Shown here in pieces: positions 10,002 through 20,329 of a stretch of 49,590 nucleotides of DNA; the first letter of the stretch is position 1; each line of letters opens with the position of its first letter. A program made the translations under genes and the position numbers. The DNA comes from Clostridiaceae bacterium (lineage in GTDB: Bacteria; Bacillota; Clostridia; DSM-8532): assembly GCA_012727625.1 (NCBI GenBank), contig JAAYGP010000274.1:1-49590 (forward strand), given 5' to 3'. Below the pieces are notes generated by a model. That model was not told the origin of the DNA. It worked only from the letters and a program-made list of their open reading frames with translations, and did not search any database.

Positions 10002-10847
10002 ATGAGAATTGCAGAAAATGATATGCAATTAAAATTAAACACAATGCAAATACCATTAGATTCAAGGACAGATTCTGCACTGGATCCTATTTATATTGAA
10101 TACAAAAAAAACCGTACCATATTTATGATGTTCACGTTAACTTTAAAGCGTATTATTGATTTATTAGGTTCAGCGGTAGGTTTAATTATACTATCCCCGC
10201 TGTTCTTAGTAGTATCTATTGCCATAAAACTCGACTCGCCTGGCTCTGTTTTCTTCAAGCAGAGAAGGCTCGGCTTGTATGGTAAGGAATATAATATGTT
10301 TAAGTTTCGTACGATGTGCCAGAATGCGGAGAAAATGGAAACAGGACTTTATAGCTTTGCTGGTGATCCAAGAATCACTAGAGTGGGTAACCTATTGAGA
10401 AAATCAAGTATTGACGAACTGGCACAGTTAATCAATGTATTTATTGGAAATATGTCGCTGGTAGGGCCACGACCTCCGGTAATAAATGAACTTGGTGATT
10501 TTACTTCAATGAATAGGCGGTATAAAAAGCGCTTTAGGGTTAAGCCAGGTATGACCGGTTTGGCACAAGTGGTGGGACGTAATAAGATTACTTGGGATAA
10601 TAAGGTTAATTACGACAATCAATATATAGAAAAGTTACAAAAGCAGAGTATATGGATTGATATAGTAATCCTATTTAAAACAGTAGGTTGTTTGTTTAAG
10701 CATAAGGATATAATAGAAAACAAAATCGACGAAACACTGGATGATGTAAAGGCTGCAGAAGAGGCGGAAAAAGAGATTATAAGAATTGCCCATATGATGG
10801 AAGAAGAAGACCTTGCTTATGTTAAACAGACTAAAAAAAATGAGTAA
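10002..10847 (+). CDS. Priming sugar-phosphate transferase (Bac_transf; PglC/WcaJ-like small type)
   Basis: KRIID + TM, FKQRRLG..G, KFRTM, DPRITRVG..LRKSSIDEL.QL.NV..G.MSLVGPRP, KPGMTGLAQV; GGAGGT RBS before ATG 10002 (ORF track starts 9987). Confidence 0.9.
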   Translation: MRIAENDMQLKLNTMQIPLDSRTDSALDPIYIEYKKNRTIFMMFTLTLKRIIDLLGSAVGLIILSPLFLVVSIAIKLDSPGSVFFKQRRLGLYGKEYNMFKFRTMCQNAEKMETGLYSFAGDPRITRVGNLLRKSSIDELAQLINVFIGNMSLVGPRPPVINELGDFTSMNRRYKKRFRVKPGMTGLAQVVGRNKITWDNKVNYDNQYIEKLQKQSIWIDIVILFKTVGCLFKHKDIIENKIDETLDDVKAAEEAEKEIIRIAHMMEEEDLAYVKQTKKNE

Positions 10848-10895
10848 TTGATAAGCAAGTAAATTATTATTATAAAAAAGGGAAGGTATTAAGTT

Positions 10896-11831
10896 ATGGC
10901 AAAATACAGTGTTGAAGATAGATTAATTTGGCTGAACGGTGAAATTGTTCATGTTAAAGATGCAAAGATTAACGTACTTTCTCCAACATCACAGTTTGGC
11001 TTGAATGTATTCGAAGGGATCCCATGTTATTGGAATGAGGAACAGCAGAAACTCTATGCATTTCGTCTTGATGCTCACTATAAGCGTTTACAACAGTCAG
11101 CAAAACTATTAGAGATAGAATGTCCATACAGTCCTGAAGAAATGAAGCGTGCATTGATAGAAGTTGTAAACGCAAATGAATATCATGAAGACATATCGGT
11201 ACGTCAGACGTTATTTGTAGACGGCTTTGGCTCCTGGAGTTCGAAGAATCCTGTTGGCATGTTTATAGCACCTATTCCCAGAAAGAGAACTTCTGCAGAA
11301 TACAATAAGGAAGGCTTGAATTGTTGTATAAGCTCCTGGCAAAGGATTGATGATATCAGCCTTTCACCTCGTATCAAGTGCGGTGCGAACTACATTAACA
11401 GTCGCATGGCTCAGTTGGAGGCATTGAGAAATGGATATGACACAACAATAATATTAAACAGCCGTGGTAAGGTTTCTGAAGGGCCTGGTTCTTGCCTGTT
11501 CATAGTTAGAGATGGGAAACTGGCCACACCACTAATCACAGATAGTGTGCTTGAGAGCATTACCAGAGATACAGTGATAAAAATAGCACATAAAATGGGG
11601 ATTGTTGTTAAAGAGAGAACAATAGACAGAACCGAGCTTTATATGTGCGACGAGATATTTCTTTGCGGTTCTGCAATGGAGATTAAGCCTGTCTTAAGCG
11701 TGGACAAGCATATTGTGGGTTCTGGTGAATGCGGAGAGATTACCAATAGATTTCGCAATGTGTATCTCAAAATTGTCAGAGGTCAGAGCAGCTTCAATAA
11801 TAGTTGGCTTGATATTATAGTTGAGGGTTAA
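10896..11831 (+). CDS. Class IV aminotransferase (IlvE / D-amino-acid transaminase family)
   Basis: IWLNGEIV, FEGI, FRLDAHYKRL..SA, KCGANY, EGPGSCLF, LESITR, DEIFLCGS motifs. Confidence 0.9.
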   Translation: MAKYSVEDRLIWLNGEIVHVKDAKINVLSPTSQFGLNVFEGIPCYWNEEQQKLYAFRLDAHYKRLQQSAKLLEIECPYSPEEMKRALIEVVNANEYHEDISVRQTLFVDGFGSWSSKNPVGMFIAPIPRKRTSAEYNKEGLNCCISSWQRIDDISLSPRIKCGANYINSRMAQLEALRNGYDTTIILNSRGKVSEGPGSCLFIVRDGKLATPLITDSVLESITRDTVIKIAHKMGIVVKERTIDRTELYMCDEIFLCGSAMEIKPVLSVDKHIVGSGECGEITNRFRNVYLKIVRGQSSFNNSWLDIIVEG

Positions 11832-11833
11832 AA

Positions 11834-12595
11834 ATGAAAACTCGTGAGTCTGATCTTGTATCTGTAATAATTCCTGTCTATAATGCTGAAAAATACCTGG
11901 CTGAAACGTTAGATTCAGCATTAGGTCAAACGTATAAAGATATTGAAATTGTAATAGTTGATGATTGCTCAACGGATTCATCAACAGAAATTATTAACAG
12001 ATATATGTCAAATAATAATAACATTAAGTATATACGTAATGAAACAAATCAAGGGGCCGCTGTTTCCAGAAATACCGGTATCCGGTATTCACGAGGGCAA
12101 TATATAGCGTTTCTTGATAGCGATGATGTATGGGATAAAACAAAAATTGAAAAACAAATAAGTCATTTGAGAGAAAAGAAAGCATGTTTTGGTTTTACTG
12201 CTTATGACATGATTGACGCTTATGGGCAACAGATAAAAGATAAAATTAAAATTAAAGAGCATATCGTTTACAAAGACCAACTGACAAAGACAGTGATATC
12301 AACGCCTACTGTTATTCTGGATGCAACCATAATTGGAAATATTGAAATTCCATTAAGAAGGACAGGCCAGGACTACGCATTGTGGCTGAAACTGTTGCGA
12401 GAATATGATGCGTTTGGAATAGATGAGGCTTTAGTTCATGTTAGGAGACGACCGAGTTCTTTATCGAAGAATAAATTTCAAAATATTCGAGATGTGTGGG
12501 AAATACAGACGAGAAATGAGAGGATACCTAAAATCAAAGCTTCGTTGAACGTTTTCAAGTACTGTATTTACGCTTTAAAAAAGAGATTTTTATAG
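11834..12595 (+). CDS. GT2 family glycosyltransferase (TuaG-like)
   Basis: VSVIIPVYNAEKY, VDDCSTD, SRNTGI, FLDSDD, QDYALWL. Confidence 0.9.
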   Translation: MKTRESDLVSVIIPVYNAEKYLAETLDSALGQTYKDIEIVIVDDCSTDSSTEIINRYMSNNNNIKYIRNETNQGAAVSRNTGIRYSRGQYIAFLDSDDVWDKTKIEKQISHLREKKACFGFTAYDMIDAYGQQIKDKIKIKEHIVYKDQLTKTVISTPTVILDATIIGNIEIPLRRTGQDYALWLKLLREYDAFGIDEALVHVRRRPSSLSKNKFQNIRDVWEIQTRNERIPKIKASLNVFKYCIYALKKRFL

Positions 12596-12609
12596 GTGGT
12601 ATATTTTTT

Positions 12610-13797
12610 ATGAACATAAATGAACTTGTTATTTACTACGGCACGGTGACAACAAAAATAAATAATAAATACTATTTAAATGGAGCTTTCGGCAGATACG
12701 TAGATGAACTGTCAAATTATTATGATCGTATATATCTGGTTCTTCCTACAAGGTTAAAGGATGAATGTGAGGAAACAGACTATTGTTTAACTAGCAACAA
12801 TATCATCATGCAAGAACTGCCATATTATGATGGGGTAGTAGATGCATTGAGGAAGAAAAGAGATATTACAGATGCCTTAAGAAAATATTCAAAGTATTGG
12901 AATTCAACAATATATATAAGATGGCCAACACCTTTTTTTAAGCTGTTAACAAAAATAGCAAACCGCAAGTGTTTACCGGTTTGTTATCACTTGGTTGGTG
13001 ATTCTGAAATAGTTGTAAAAAAAGGAACAAAGTATAAAGGCATTTTACGAATGATTGCAATTGCGTATGCAAAATACAATGCTTGGCAAGTGAAGCGAAT
13101 AATTAAGGAAACGCCAACTTTAGTTAATGGTAATGGATTACGAAGACTATATTCAGAATATAATCCGTATATAAAAGAGATTAGAACAAGCACTTTTTAC
13201 AAAAATGAAATAATTCAAAGAGAGCCAAGGGATATTAAAGAATGCATAAATTTATTATATGTAGGATACTTAAGACACGAAAAAGGTTTAGAGTATTTAA
13301 TAAAAGCTGTTGATTTGATTAAACGCAACAATATTATATGCAAACTGTCAATAGTCGGTGATGGCGATAAGAGAAAAGAACTTGAGGATTTAGTACACGC
13401 CATGCATCTTGATGAATGTGTTAAGTTCTGCGGGTATATACCAGTAGGAGATACCCTGTTTTCAGAATATAAAAACGCAGATATTTTTGTATTACCATCT
13501 ATTTCAGAGGGAACACCAAGAGTATTGCTGGAAGCAATGAGCTGTGGAGCAGCAGTTGTTGCAACAGAAACAGGCGGGATTCCTTTTACAGTAACTAATT
13601 TGGAAAATGGTTTGCTGGTTCCCATTAAGAGCGCTGAAAAAATAGCGGAAGCCATAATTCGACTTAGAGATGACAGAGATCTTTACTTAAAAATTATTAA
13701 AAATGGTTATAAAACTGCAAATATGAACACAATTGAACACCATGTGGAAGAGATTTATCATTTTATTCAAGACTTTTGTTTAGGCAAGAAAAGTTAG
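12610..13797 (+). CDS. GT4 family glycosyltransferase
   Basis: YVGYLRHEKG, IVGDG, ADIFVLPSISEGTPRVLLEAMSCG, GGIP. Confidence 0.9.
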   Translation: MNINELVIYYGTVTTKINNKYYLNGAFGRYVDELSNYYDRIYLVLPTRLKDECEETDYCLTSNNIIMQELPYYDGVVDALRKKRDITDALRKYSKYWNSTIYIRWPTPFFKLLTKIANRKCLPVCYHLVGDSEIVVKKGTKYKGILRMIAIAYAKYNAWQVKRIIKETPTLVNGNGLRRLYSEYNPYIKEIRTSTFYKNEIIQREPRDIKECINLLYVGYLRHEKGLEYLIKAVDLIKRNNIICKLSIVGDGDKRKELEDLVHAMHLDECVKFCGYIPVGDTLFSEYKNADIFVLPSISEGTPRVLLEAMSCGAAVVATETGGIPFTVTNLENGLLVPIKSAEKIAEAIIRLRDDRDLYLKIIKNGYKTANMNTIEHHVEEIYHFIQDFCLGKKS

Positions 13798-14345
13798 AGT
13801 ATACAGTTGATGGAGGAAGATGGAAAAGATTTTTTTTATATAGTATACCGATAAGGCTAATACAAATATTAGTTGGTCTTTTACCAAACTCGGATCCTGC
13901 AAATAGAATACGTGGTTTCTTAATGCGCCCTTTCTTTAAAAGTGCGGGGAAAAATCTTCAGATTGCGTCAGGTGTAATTGCTAATAGAATTGATCAGATT
14001 TGTCTTGGAGATAATGTATACCTTGCGCATAATTCGTGGATTAACGGTACAGGAAAAGTATATATTGAGGATAATGTAATTATTGGACCTTTTTGTGTTG
14101 TAGCTTCGACAGAGCATCCTTTCGTGGATGGGGTTGTTTCGAATAATGGAACGATAGTCGCCCCTGTTCGAATTGGAAAAGGTTCTTGGTTGGCTAGTCA
14201 TTCGGTTATAACTTTAGGAACAAATGTTGGGTTAGGAAATCTGATATGTGCAAATTCTGTTGTAAATAGGGACACGGAGGATTATTCAATGTATGGTGGG
14301 ATACCAGCAAAAAAAATAAAAGACTTGGAAACTCCCCAAAAATAA
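13776..14345 (+). CDS. Hexapeptide-repeat (LbH) acyltransferase; start uncertain
   Basis: LGDNVYLA, IEDNVIIGP, PVRIGKGSWLA, GGIPAKKIK; TTG start overlaps the GT4 end. Confidence 0.8.
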   Translation: MFRQEKLEYTVDGGRWKRFFLYSIPIRLIQILVGLLPNSDPANRIRGFLMRPFFKSAGKNLQIASGVIANRIDQICLGDNVYLAHNSWINGTGKVYIEDNVIIGPFCVVASTEHPFVDGVVSNNGTIVAPVRIGKGSWLASHSVITLGTNVGLGNLICANSVVNRDTEDYSMYGGIPAKKIKDLETPQK

Positions 14346-14484
14346 CCATCGTTAAAATGCATATTATCTAAGTGTTAAAAATACAGAAGTGTTTAAAGAA
14401 ATTGAACAAATTATATTGATTGATGATTAAAAAATTAAGTCTTTAATATTATTCATTAGTACTGGATAAGGAAGAATATTTGAA

Positions 14485-15816
14485 ATGAACATATTTTTGC
14501 TAACTCTGTTGTTGTTTCTTGCTGGATTGACTTATTTATCTTATTCCAAGCGAATTTTTTCTCCTCCAATTATGATTATAGGCGGCTTTGCTATTTGTAC
14601 GATAATACTAATATCAAATGAAAGCAACTGGGGGTATTACCTTTCAGGAAAAACTGTGCTTATTATAGCGACAAGTATTCTTACTTTTTTAATTGGAGAC
14701 ATCATGGGAAGAACAATTATATTGTTCAATAATTACAGGTCAGAGTTAGAATGCAATTCATTTAAAGAAAAGCGAAATACTTACAAAATAGTTTGTTTCA
14801 ATATTAAAAAAAACAAAGCACTGGTTTTAATATCAATACTTTATTCACTTATAGCATTTATGCTCCAAATAAAGTACTTTTATAACATAAGTTTATTGGT
14901 TGGTAATAAAGATGGAATTAGTGGTATGTTTAATTATGGAGCGGCCATAAGAAGTTATGTAACACATATTTCGGTTGACAGAAGTAATCTTGAAGATTTG
15001 ATTGTAAAGTTAATCCTTCCACTATCATATGTTTCATTTTATTTATTCATATCTAATATTGTGAGTGGAAAGAAAATACGAGCCAATTTTATTTTGCTAA
15101 TCACACCGATTATCCACTTACTATGCGAATTGTTATCGACGAACAGGATTGGAATAATTTATATTCTTATCTATATGACCGTATGCACGATAGTAGTTTA
15201 TTCAATAAAACAAAAGTGGAGTATACGCAATAATAAAAAGCTGATAAAAATATTAATGCTTTCATGCATCGTTGTATTTATTTTTTTTAGAATATCAGGT
15301 TATATAACTCATAGAGGAATAGGTGTTACGTTAATGTCACAGATTTCCGAATATACTGCAGGTTCACTCGTTGCCCTTGACTATGGATTAAATGGTAAAG
15401 CCGGAATTATAACCACAGCTTCCAACTTGTTTGGAGGAATATTACGGGTTACTAATAAGTTAGGATTTACAAATGCATCTTTTATGAGTTCAAATGCTGA
15501 ATTTGTTTTTTGGCGAAATGGATCAACGAATATTTACACAGCAATTTATGCATATGTGTGTTCTTTTGGATACATTGGAAACTATCTGGTATTTTTGCTA
15601 ATGGGAATGGTATTTGGCCGATTATTTAAGAAAATAATGTATTATAATCATGATCCCTTTGTAGTAATAACTTTTTCCTGGTTTATTTTCGCACCGACTT
15701 TGAGCTGCATTGCTGATAGATTTTTAACACAAATTCTTGTAATAAACGTTGTAATACAGTTAATTTTCCTGAAATTATTGTTAAAGTTTTTGAAAAAGAA
15801 ATTTGACTGGATTTAA
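14485..15816 (+). CDS. wzy: Wzy polysaccharide polymerase
   Basis: Highly hydrophobic with about 10-11 TMs, TNIYT motif in a late loop; adjacent to the flippase; very AT-rich. Confidence 0.7.
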   Translation: MNIFLLTLLLFLAGLTYLSYSKRIFSPPIMIIGGFAICTIILISNESNWGYYLSGKTVLIIATSILTFLIGDIMGRTIILFNNYRSELECNSFKEKRNTYKIVCFNIKKNKALVLISILYSLIAFMLQIKYFYNISLLVGNKDGISGMFNYGAAIRSYVTHISVDRSNLEDLIVKLILPLSYVSFYLFISNIVSGKKIRANFILLITPIIHLLCELLSTNRIGIIYILIYMTVCTIVVYSIKQKWSIRNNKKLIKILMLSCIVVFIFFRISGYITHRGIGVTLMSQISEYTAGSLVALDYGLNGKAGIITTASNLFGGILRVTNKLGFTNASFMSSNAEFVFWRNGSTNIYTAIYAYVCSFGYIGNYLVFLLMGMVFGRLFKKIMYYNHDPFVVITFSWFIFAPTLSCIADRFLTQILVINVVIQLIFLKLLLKFLKKKFDWI

Positions 15817-15850
15817 TAAAAAATGCAGTACTTACGGAGTTAAATTAATA

Positions 15851-17353
15851 ATGAGAATAAAAAATGTTTTAAGAAATACATCATGGGAATTAGCATATGA
15901 GTTTACAGTTATCCTTTTAGGCTTTTTAGCACCAAGGTATATAATACTTACATATGGATCCGAAGTTAACGGGCTACAATCTACAATAATGCAAATTGTA
16001 TCAATTATGGCTTTATTGCAGGCCGGTGCTGTAACAACATCAGTATACTCATTATATAAGCCAATAGCAGAAAAAAATTATGAAGAAATATCGCTAAAAC
16101 TGTCTTCATCCGTCAAGTTCTTTAAGAGAATTACTGTAATTTTTTTATTATTAGTACTTATAGGTGCCTTAATCACAGCATTGGTACTGGAAAGTAAAAT
16201 AGATAAAGGATTAATTTTTATTGCATTTTTAATTGTCGGATTAAAAAACGCTTTGGATTTGCTTTTTACTTCTAAATTTAGAATCATTTTCAGTGCTGAC
16301 CAACAAAAACATATTGTCTCAATAGGGCTGATAATAGAACAGACCATTTATTATGTTTTGTTATTTGTAACGGTATTGTTGGATTTGCACTTCATTTATA
16401 TGTTTGTATGGTTACTATTTGGTTGTTTTATAAAAATTATATTTATGCAATTTAACTATAAAAAACGATATACCAATTTGATAGATACTTCCAAGAAAGA
16501 AGCAGATTCTAAAATAAAGGGAAGAAATTATTCTCTTGCAAATGAAATCTCCCATAGTGTAGTTGCATCCTCTATAACTATATTATTCTCTTTCCTATAT
16601 GGCCTTGAGGCAGCAAGTATTCTGGGTGTTTATTGGATGGTGATTCGTTTGTTGACCATGCTGGCACAGGCGATTTATGGTTCTTTCGCTCCGAGTTACG
16701 GTAATTTGGTGGCTGAAGGTGATTATAACAAAATAAATCATGTGTTTGACATATTTCAATATGTATTTTTCATGCTCAATACATTTTTATATATGTGCGC
16801 AGCTTATTTAATATTGCCATTTGTAAGAATTTACACAAGCGGCATAATTGATGCACAGTATGTGAATCAATTATTATCAGTTATAATCATTGGATATGGT
16901 ATTATTAATACTTATAGAATTCCATATAACATTGTTGTCTCAACAAATGGACTTTTTAAGGAAACATGGCTGCAGCCCCTTTTATCTGCAATATTTTCCT
17001 TGTTAATTTCAATAGTTCTCGGTAGGATAAACATGTCTTTTATTCTGGTAGGACCTATAACCTTTTACTTTACTAATGCAATTTATCAGCATTTTGTTAT
17101 TAAGAGGGAGTTGCCACTATTTAAAGTTGATAATACAAAACGTCATGTGTTCGTTTCTTTAATGGCAATGTGCATAGCTGTAATGGCAAGCATTATTGCT
17201 CCCAGCTCGGCTAATGACATTGGTACATGGTTTTTTGATGCGGTGTGTTCCGCACTAATAAATATTTTGTTAATCTTTATAATTTCTTTAATATTCGACA
17301 GAAAATCCCTTTTAAATACTTTCAGATATATAGAGTCTTTGATAAGGAGATAG
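15851..17353 (+). CDS. wzx: Wzx flippase (MATE-like polysaccharide exporter)
   Basis: PRYIILTYGSEVNGL, SLYKPIA, APSYGNL motifs and 12-14 TMs; ATG 15851 preferred over TTG 15803. Confidence 0.8.
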   Translation: MRIKNVLRNTSWELAYEFTVILLGFLAPRYIILTYGSEVNGLQSTIMQIVSIMALLQAGAVTTSVYSLYKPIAEKNYEEISLKLSSSVKFFKRITVIFLLLVLIGALITALVLESKIDKGLIFIAFLIVGLKNALDLLFTSKFRIIFSADQQKHIVSIGLIIEQTIYYVLLFVTVLLDLHFIYMFVWLLFGCFIKIIFMQFNYKKRYTNLIDTSKKEADSKIKGRNYSLANEISHSVVASSITILFSFLYGLEAASILGVYWMVIRLLTMLAQAIYGSFAPSYGNLVAEGDYNKINHVFDIFQYVFFMLNTFLYMCAAYLILPFVRIYTSGIIDAQYVNQLLSVIIIGYGIINTYRIPYNIVVSTNGLFKETWLQPLLSAIFSLLISIVLGRINMSFILVGPITFYFTNAIYQHFVIKRELPLFKVDNTKRHVFVSLMAMCIAVMASIIAPSSANDIGTWFFDAVCSALINILLIFIISLIFDRKSLLNTFRYIESLIRR

Positions 17354-17357
17354 ATTA

Positions 17358-18338
17358 ATGGATCCGTTATTTGTAGTATTCACAAAGCATTCAGATTATG
17401 CATGGGTTCATACAGAGGAACTGCAGAATTATACAAATGTTATTTTTGATAAAAAGATTAATAATAAATTATTAGCTATGGCAAACAGACTTCACACAGC
17501 AATACGAACCAATAAATATTTCAGAATTCCGCTACAAAAAATATGGTTTAAATGCTATCTCGACAATGAAAAAATTAAAAATTATAAAGAGATTTATTTT
17601 TTGTTTATTGAGGGGAATAGATTGGGTTACAGTCCGGAGTATTTAAAATATATAAAAAAGGAATATCCAAATGCTAAGTTAGTTTTTGATTTTACTAATC
17701 CTACCAAAAAAATCGATAGTAAATACATTGAGCTAATTAAGAAATATTATGACTTGATACTGTCATTTGATTTATCAGATTGTAAAGAATTCGGCTGGAC
17801 TTATTATAGTGGTGTTTACAGCAAAAGAAATGATCTGGATTTGTCAGATGTGCCTGATTCAGATGTTTTTTTTGTTGGCAGTGATAAAGGTAGAATTGAT
17901 ATTATTCATGAGATATATGATTTGCTGACAGACCATGGTTTAAAATGTGATTTTCATGTGGTTGATGTTCATAAATCCAAAATCAGAAAGAATTCATGTA
18001 TTCAATATAACAAACGGTTATCATATGAAGAGGTCATAAAAAGAGTCTGTAAAACAAAATGTATATTGGAAGTAACTCAATCAAACCAAACTGGCAGTTC
18101 ATTACGTGTCATGGAAGCAATCGCATATGGTAAAAAATTACTTACAAGTAATAAGGCACTTGAACAAGAGAGATTTTATAATAAAAATCAAATGTATATT
18201 TTTGATAAGCCTTCCGATATAAATATAGAGTTTTTAATCAATAATGAAGAACAATTTGAATATGATGGCTGTTTATCACCATACAAAAGACTTGAATTCA
18301 TACAGAATTATTTTAGAAAACGTGAGGGTGAGAGTTAA
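17358..18338 (+). CDS. Putative glycosyltransferase of uncertain family
   Basis: Soluble protein; C-terminal FVGSDKGR...CILEV..QTGSSLRVMEAIAYGKKLLTSN resembles a GT-B nucleotide-binding half; glycan-locus context. Confidence 0.55.
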   Translation: MDPLFVVFTKHSDYAWVHTEELQNYTNVIFDKKINNKLLAMANRLHTAIRTNKYFRIPLQKIWFKCYLDNEKIKNYKEIYFLFIEGNRLGYSPEYLKYIKKEYPNAKLVFDFTNPTKKIDSKYIELIKKYYDLILSFDLSDCKEFGWTYYSGVYSKRNDLDLSDVPDSDVFFVGSDKGRIDIIHEIYDLLTDHGLKCDFHVVDVHKSKIRKNSCIQYNKRLSYEEVIKRVCKTKCILEVTQSNQTGSSLRVMEAIAYGKKLLTSNKALEQERFYNKNQMYIFDKPSDINIEFLINNEEQFEYDGCLSPYKRLEFIQNYFRKREGES

Positions 18339-18356
18339 TTTAATAGGAGGAAGATC

Positions 18357-19241
18357 ATGAAAGGAATTATTCTAGCTGGAGGAGCCGGAACCCGGCTATA
18401 TCCATTAACTATGGTTACCTGTAAACAGTTATTGCCAATTTATGACAAACCAATGATTTATTATCCATTGTCTACTCTCATGCTCGCTGGAATCAAGGAT
18501 ATTCTTATTATATCTACTCCAACAGACTTACCGAATTTTGAGAGGCTTCTTAGAGACGGTTCGGACTTTGGTATAAACTTATCATATAAGATCCAGCCAA
18601 ATCCTGACGGATTGGCACAGGCATTTATTCTTGGTGAGGAATTCATCGATGATGATACCGTTGCCATGTGTTTGGGGGATAACATTTTCTATGGTGGCAG
18701 TTTAACTGAAAGATTAATAATTGCTGTTAATAATGCAGAAAAAGGTTATGCCACAGTCTTCGGTTACTACGTCAAAGATCCTGAACGATTTGGCATTATG
18801 GAAATTGATGATTCAGGCAATGTTATAAGCGTTGAAGAAAAGCCAAAGCAGCCGAAATCAAACTATTGCATTACCGGCCTCTACTTCTATCCAAAGGGCG
18901 TGAGTAAAAGAGCAAAAATTGTAAAACCCAGTGCAAGGGGGGAGCTAGAGATTACATCACTCAATGAAATGTACCTTAAGGATGGGATACTTAAAGCACA
19001 GATCCTGGGACGCGGCTTTACATGGATCGATGCAGGAACAATGGACAGTTTAACAGATGCCTCCGTATTTGTTCAGATGATTCAAAACCGGCAGGGAGTA
19101 GTCATCTCAGCACCGGAAGAGATTGCATACATACGTGGCTGGATATCGAAAGATAAATTGCTTGAATCCGTTGATCGTTATGGAAAATCGCCATATGGAC
19201 AACACTTAAGGAATGTTGCTACAGGAAAATTCATATACTGA
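18357..19241 (+). CDS. rfbA: Glucose-1-phosphate thymidylyltransferase (RmlA)
   Basis: [65 protein letters not shown]. Confidence 0.95.
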   Translation: MKGIILAGGAGTRLYPLTMVTCKQLLPIYDKPMIYYPLSTLMLAGIKDILIISTPTDLPNFERLLRDGSDFGINLSYKIQPNPDGLAQAFILGEEFIDDDTVAMCLGDNIFYGGSLTERLIIAVNNAEKGYATVFGYYVKDPERFGIMEIDDSGNVISVEEKPKQPKSNYCITGLYFYPKGVSKRAKIVKPSARGELEITSLNEMYLKDGILKAQILGRGFTWIDAGTMDSLTDASVFVQMIQNRQGVVISAPEEIAYIRGWISKDKLLESVDRYGKSPYGQHLRNVATGKFIY

Positions 19242-19252
19242 GGAGGTGTAAG

Positions 19253-20272
19253 ATGACTGTTATAGTTACCGGTGGTGCCGGATTCATTGGTTCCAACTTT
19301 ATATTCTATATGCTTAAGAGATATCCTGATTATAGGATAATATGTCTTGATAAACTTACTTATGCGGGAAATTTTTCTACTCTGGCTTCGGTAATGGACA
19401 ACCCACGGTTCAGATTCGTAAGGGCAGATATTTGTGACCGTAAGGCTGTATATAATCTTTTTGAGGAAGAACATCCAGACATCGTAGTAAATTTTGCAGC
19501 TGAGAGCCATGTGGATAGAAGTATCGAGAATCCATGCCTGTTTCTCAAAACAAATATTATAGGTACTGCCACAATAATGGATGCTTGCAGGGAATATGGT
19601 ATAATCAGATATCATCAGGTATCAACTGACGAGGTTTATGGTGATCTTCCCCTTGACCGTCCTGATTTGTTATTTACTGAAGAGACGCCAATTCGTACAA
19701 GCTCTCCATACTCAAGTTCCAAGGCAGCAGCCGACCTTTTGGTTCTTGCCTATCACAGAACTTATGGTTTGCCTGTAACCATCAGCCGCTGTTCAAACAA
19801 CTATGGGCCGTATCACTTTCCGGAGAAGTTAATCCCGTTGATGATTATAAATGCTCTGAGTGACAAACCATTACCTGTTTATGGAGAAGGTATAAATGTC
19901 CGTGATTGGCTTTATGTAGAAGATCACTGTAAGGCTATAGATTTAATCATACACAAGGGCAGAGCCGGTGAAGTCTATAACATTGGAGGCCGCAATGAGA
20001 TGCGGAACATAGATGTTGTAAAGATGATTTGTGATGCTCTTGGAAAACCATATACTCTGATTAGATTTGTAACCGATCGTAAAGGTCATGATTTGAGATA
20101 CGCAATTGATGCTACAAAGATTCATAATGAGTTGGGCTGGTTTCCTGAGACAAAATTCGCTGACGGAATTAAAAAGACAGTTCAATGGTATTTGGATAAC
20201 CGTGAGTGGTGGGAAACTATTATCAGCGGAGAGTACCAAAATTACTATGAAAAAATGTACGGGAACATATAA
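19253..20272 (+). CDS. rfbB: dTDP-glucose 4,6-dehydratase (RmlB)
   Basis: VTGGAGFIGSNF, DKLTYAGN, FAAESHVDRSI, STDEVYG, PYSSSK, NNYGPYHFPEKLIP, GHDLRY. Confidence 0.95.
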   Translation: MTVIVTGGAGFIGSNFIFYMLKRYPDYRIICLDKLTYAGNFSTLASVMDNPRFRFVRADICDRKAVYNLFEEEHPDIVVNFAAESHVDRSIENPCLFLKTNIIGTATIMDACREYGIIRYHQVSTDEVYGDLPLDRPDLLFTEETPIRTSSPYSSSKAAADLLVLAYHRTYGLPVTISRCSNNYGPYHFPEKLIPLMIINALSDKPLPVYGEGINVRDWLYVEDHCKAIDLIIHKGRAGEVYNIGGRNEMRNIDVVKMICDALGKPYTLIRFVTDRKGHDLRYAIDATKIHNELGWFPETKFADGIKKTVQWYLDNREWWETIISGEYQNYYEKMYGNI

Positions 20273-20329
20273 TATAACGATTTGTTATGTAAAAAATAAA
20301 AATTTAAAGACAGGAAGGAGATCAAAATA

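Noticed and set aside
8697..11831. Naming these genes lysA and ilvE
   Set aside because: Family membership is clear, but the glycan-locus context makes housekeeping orthology unsupported.
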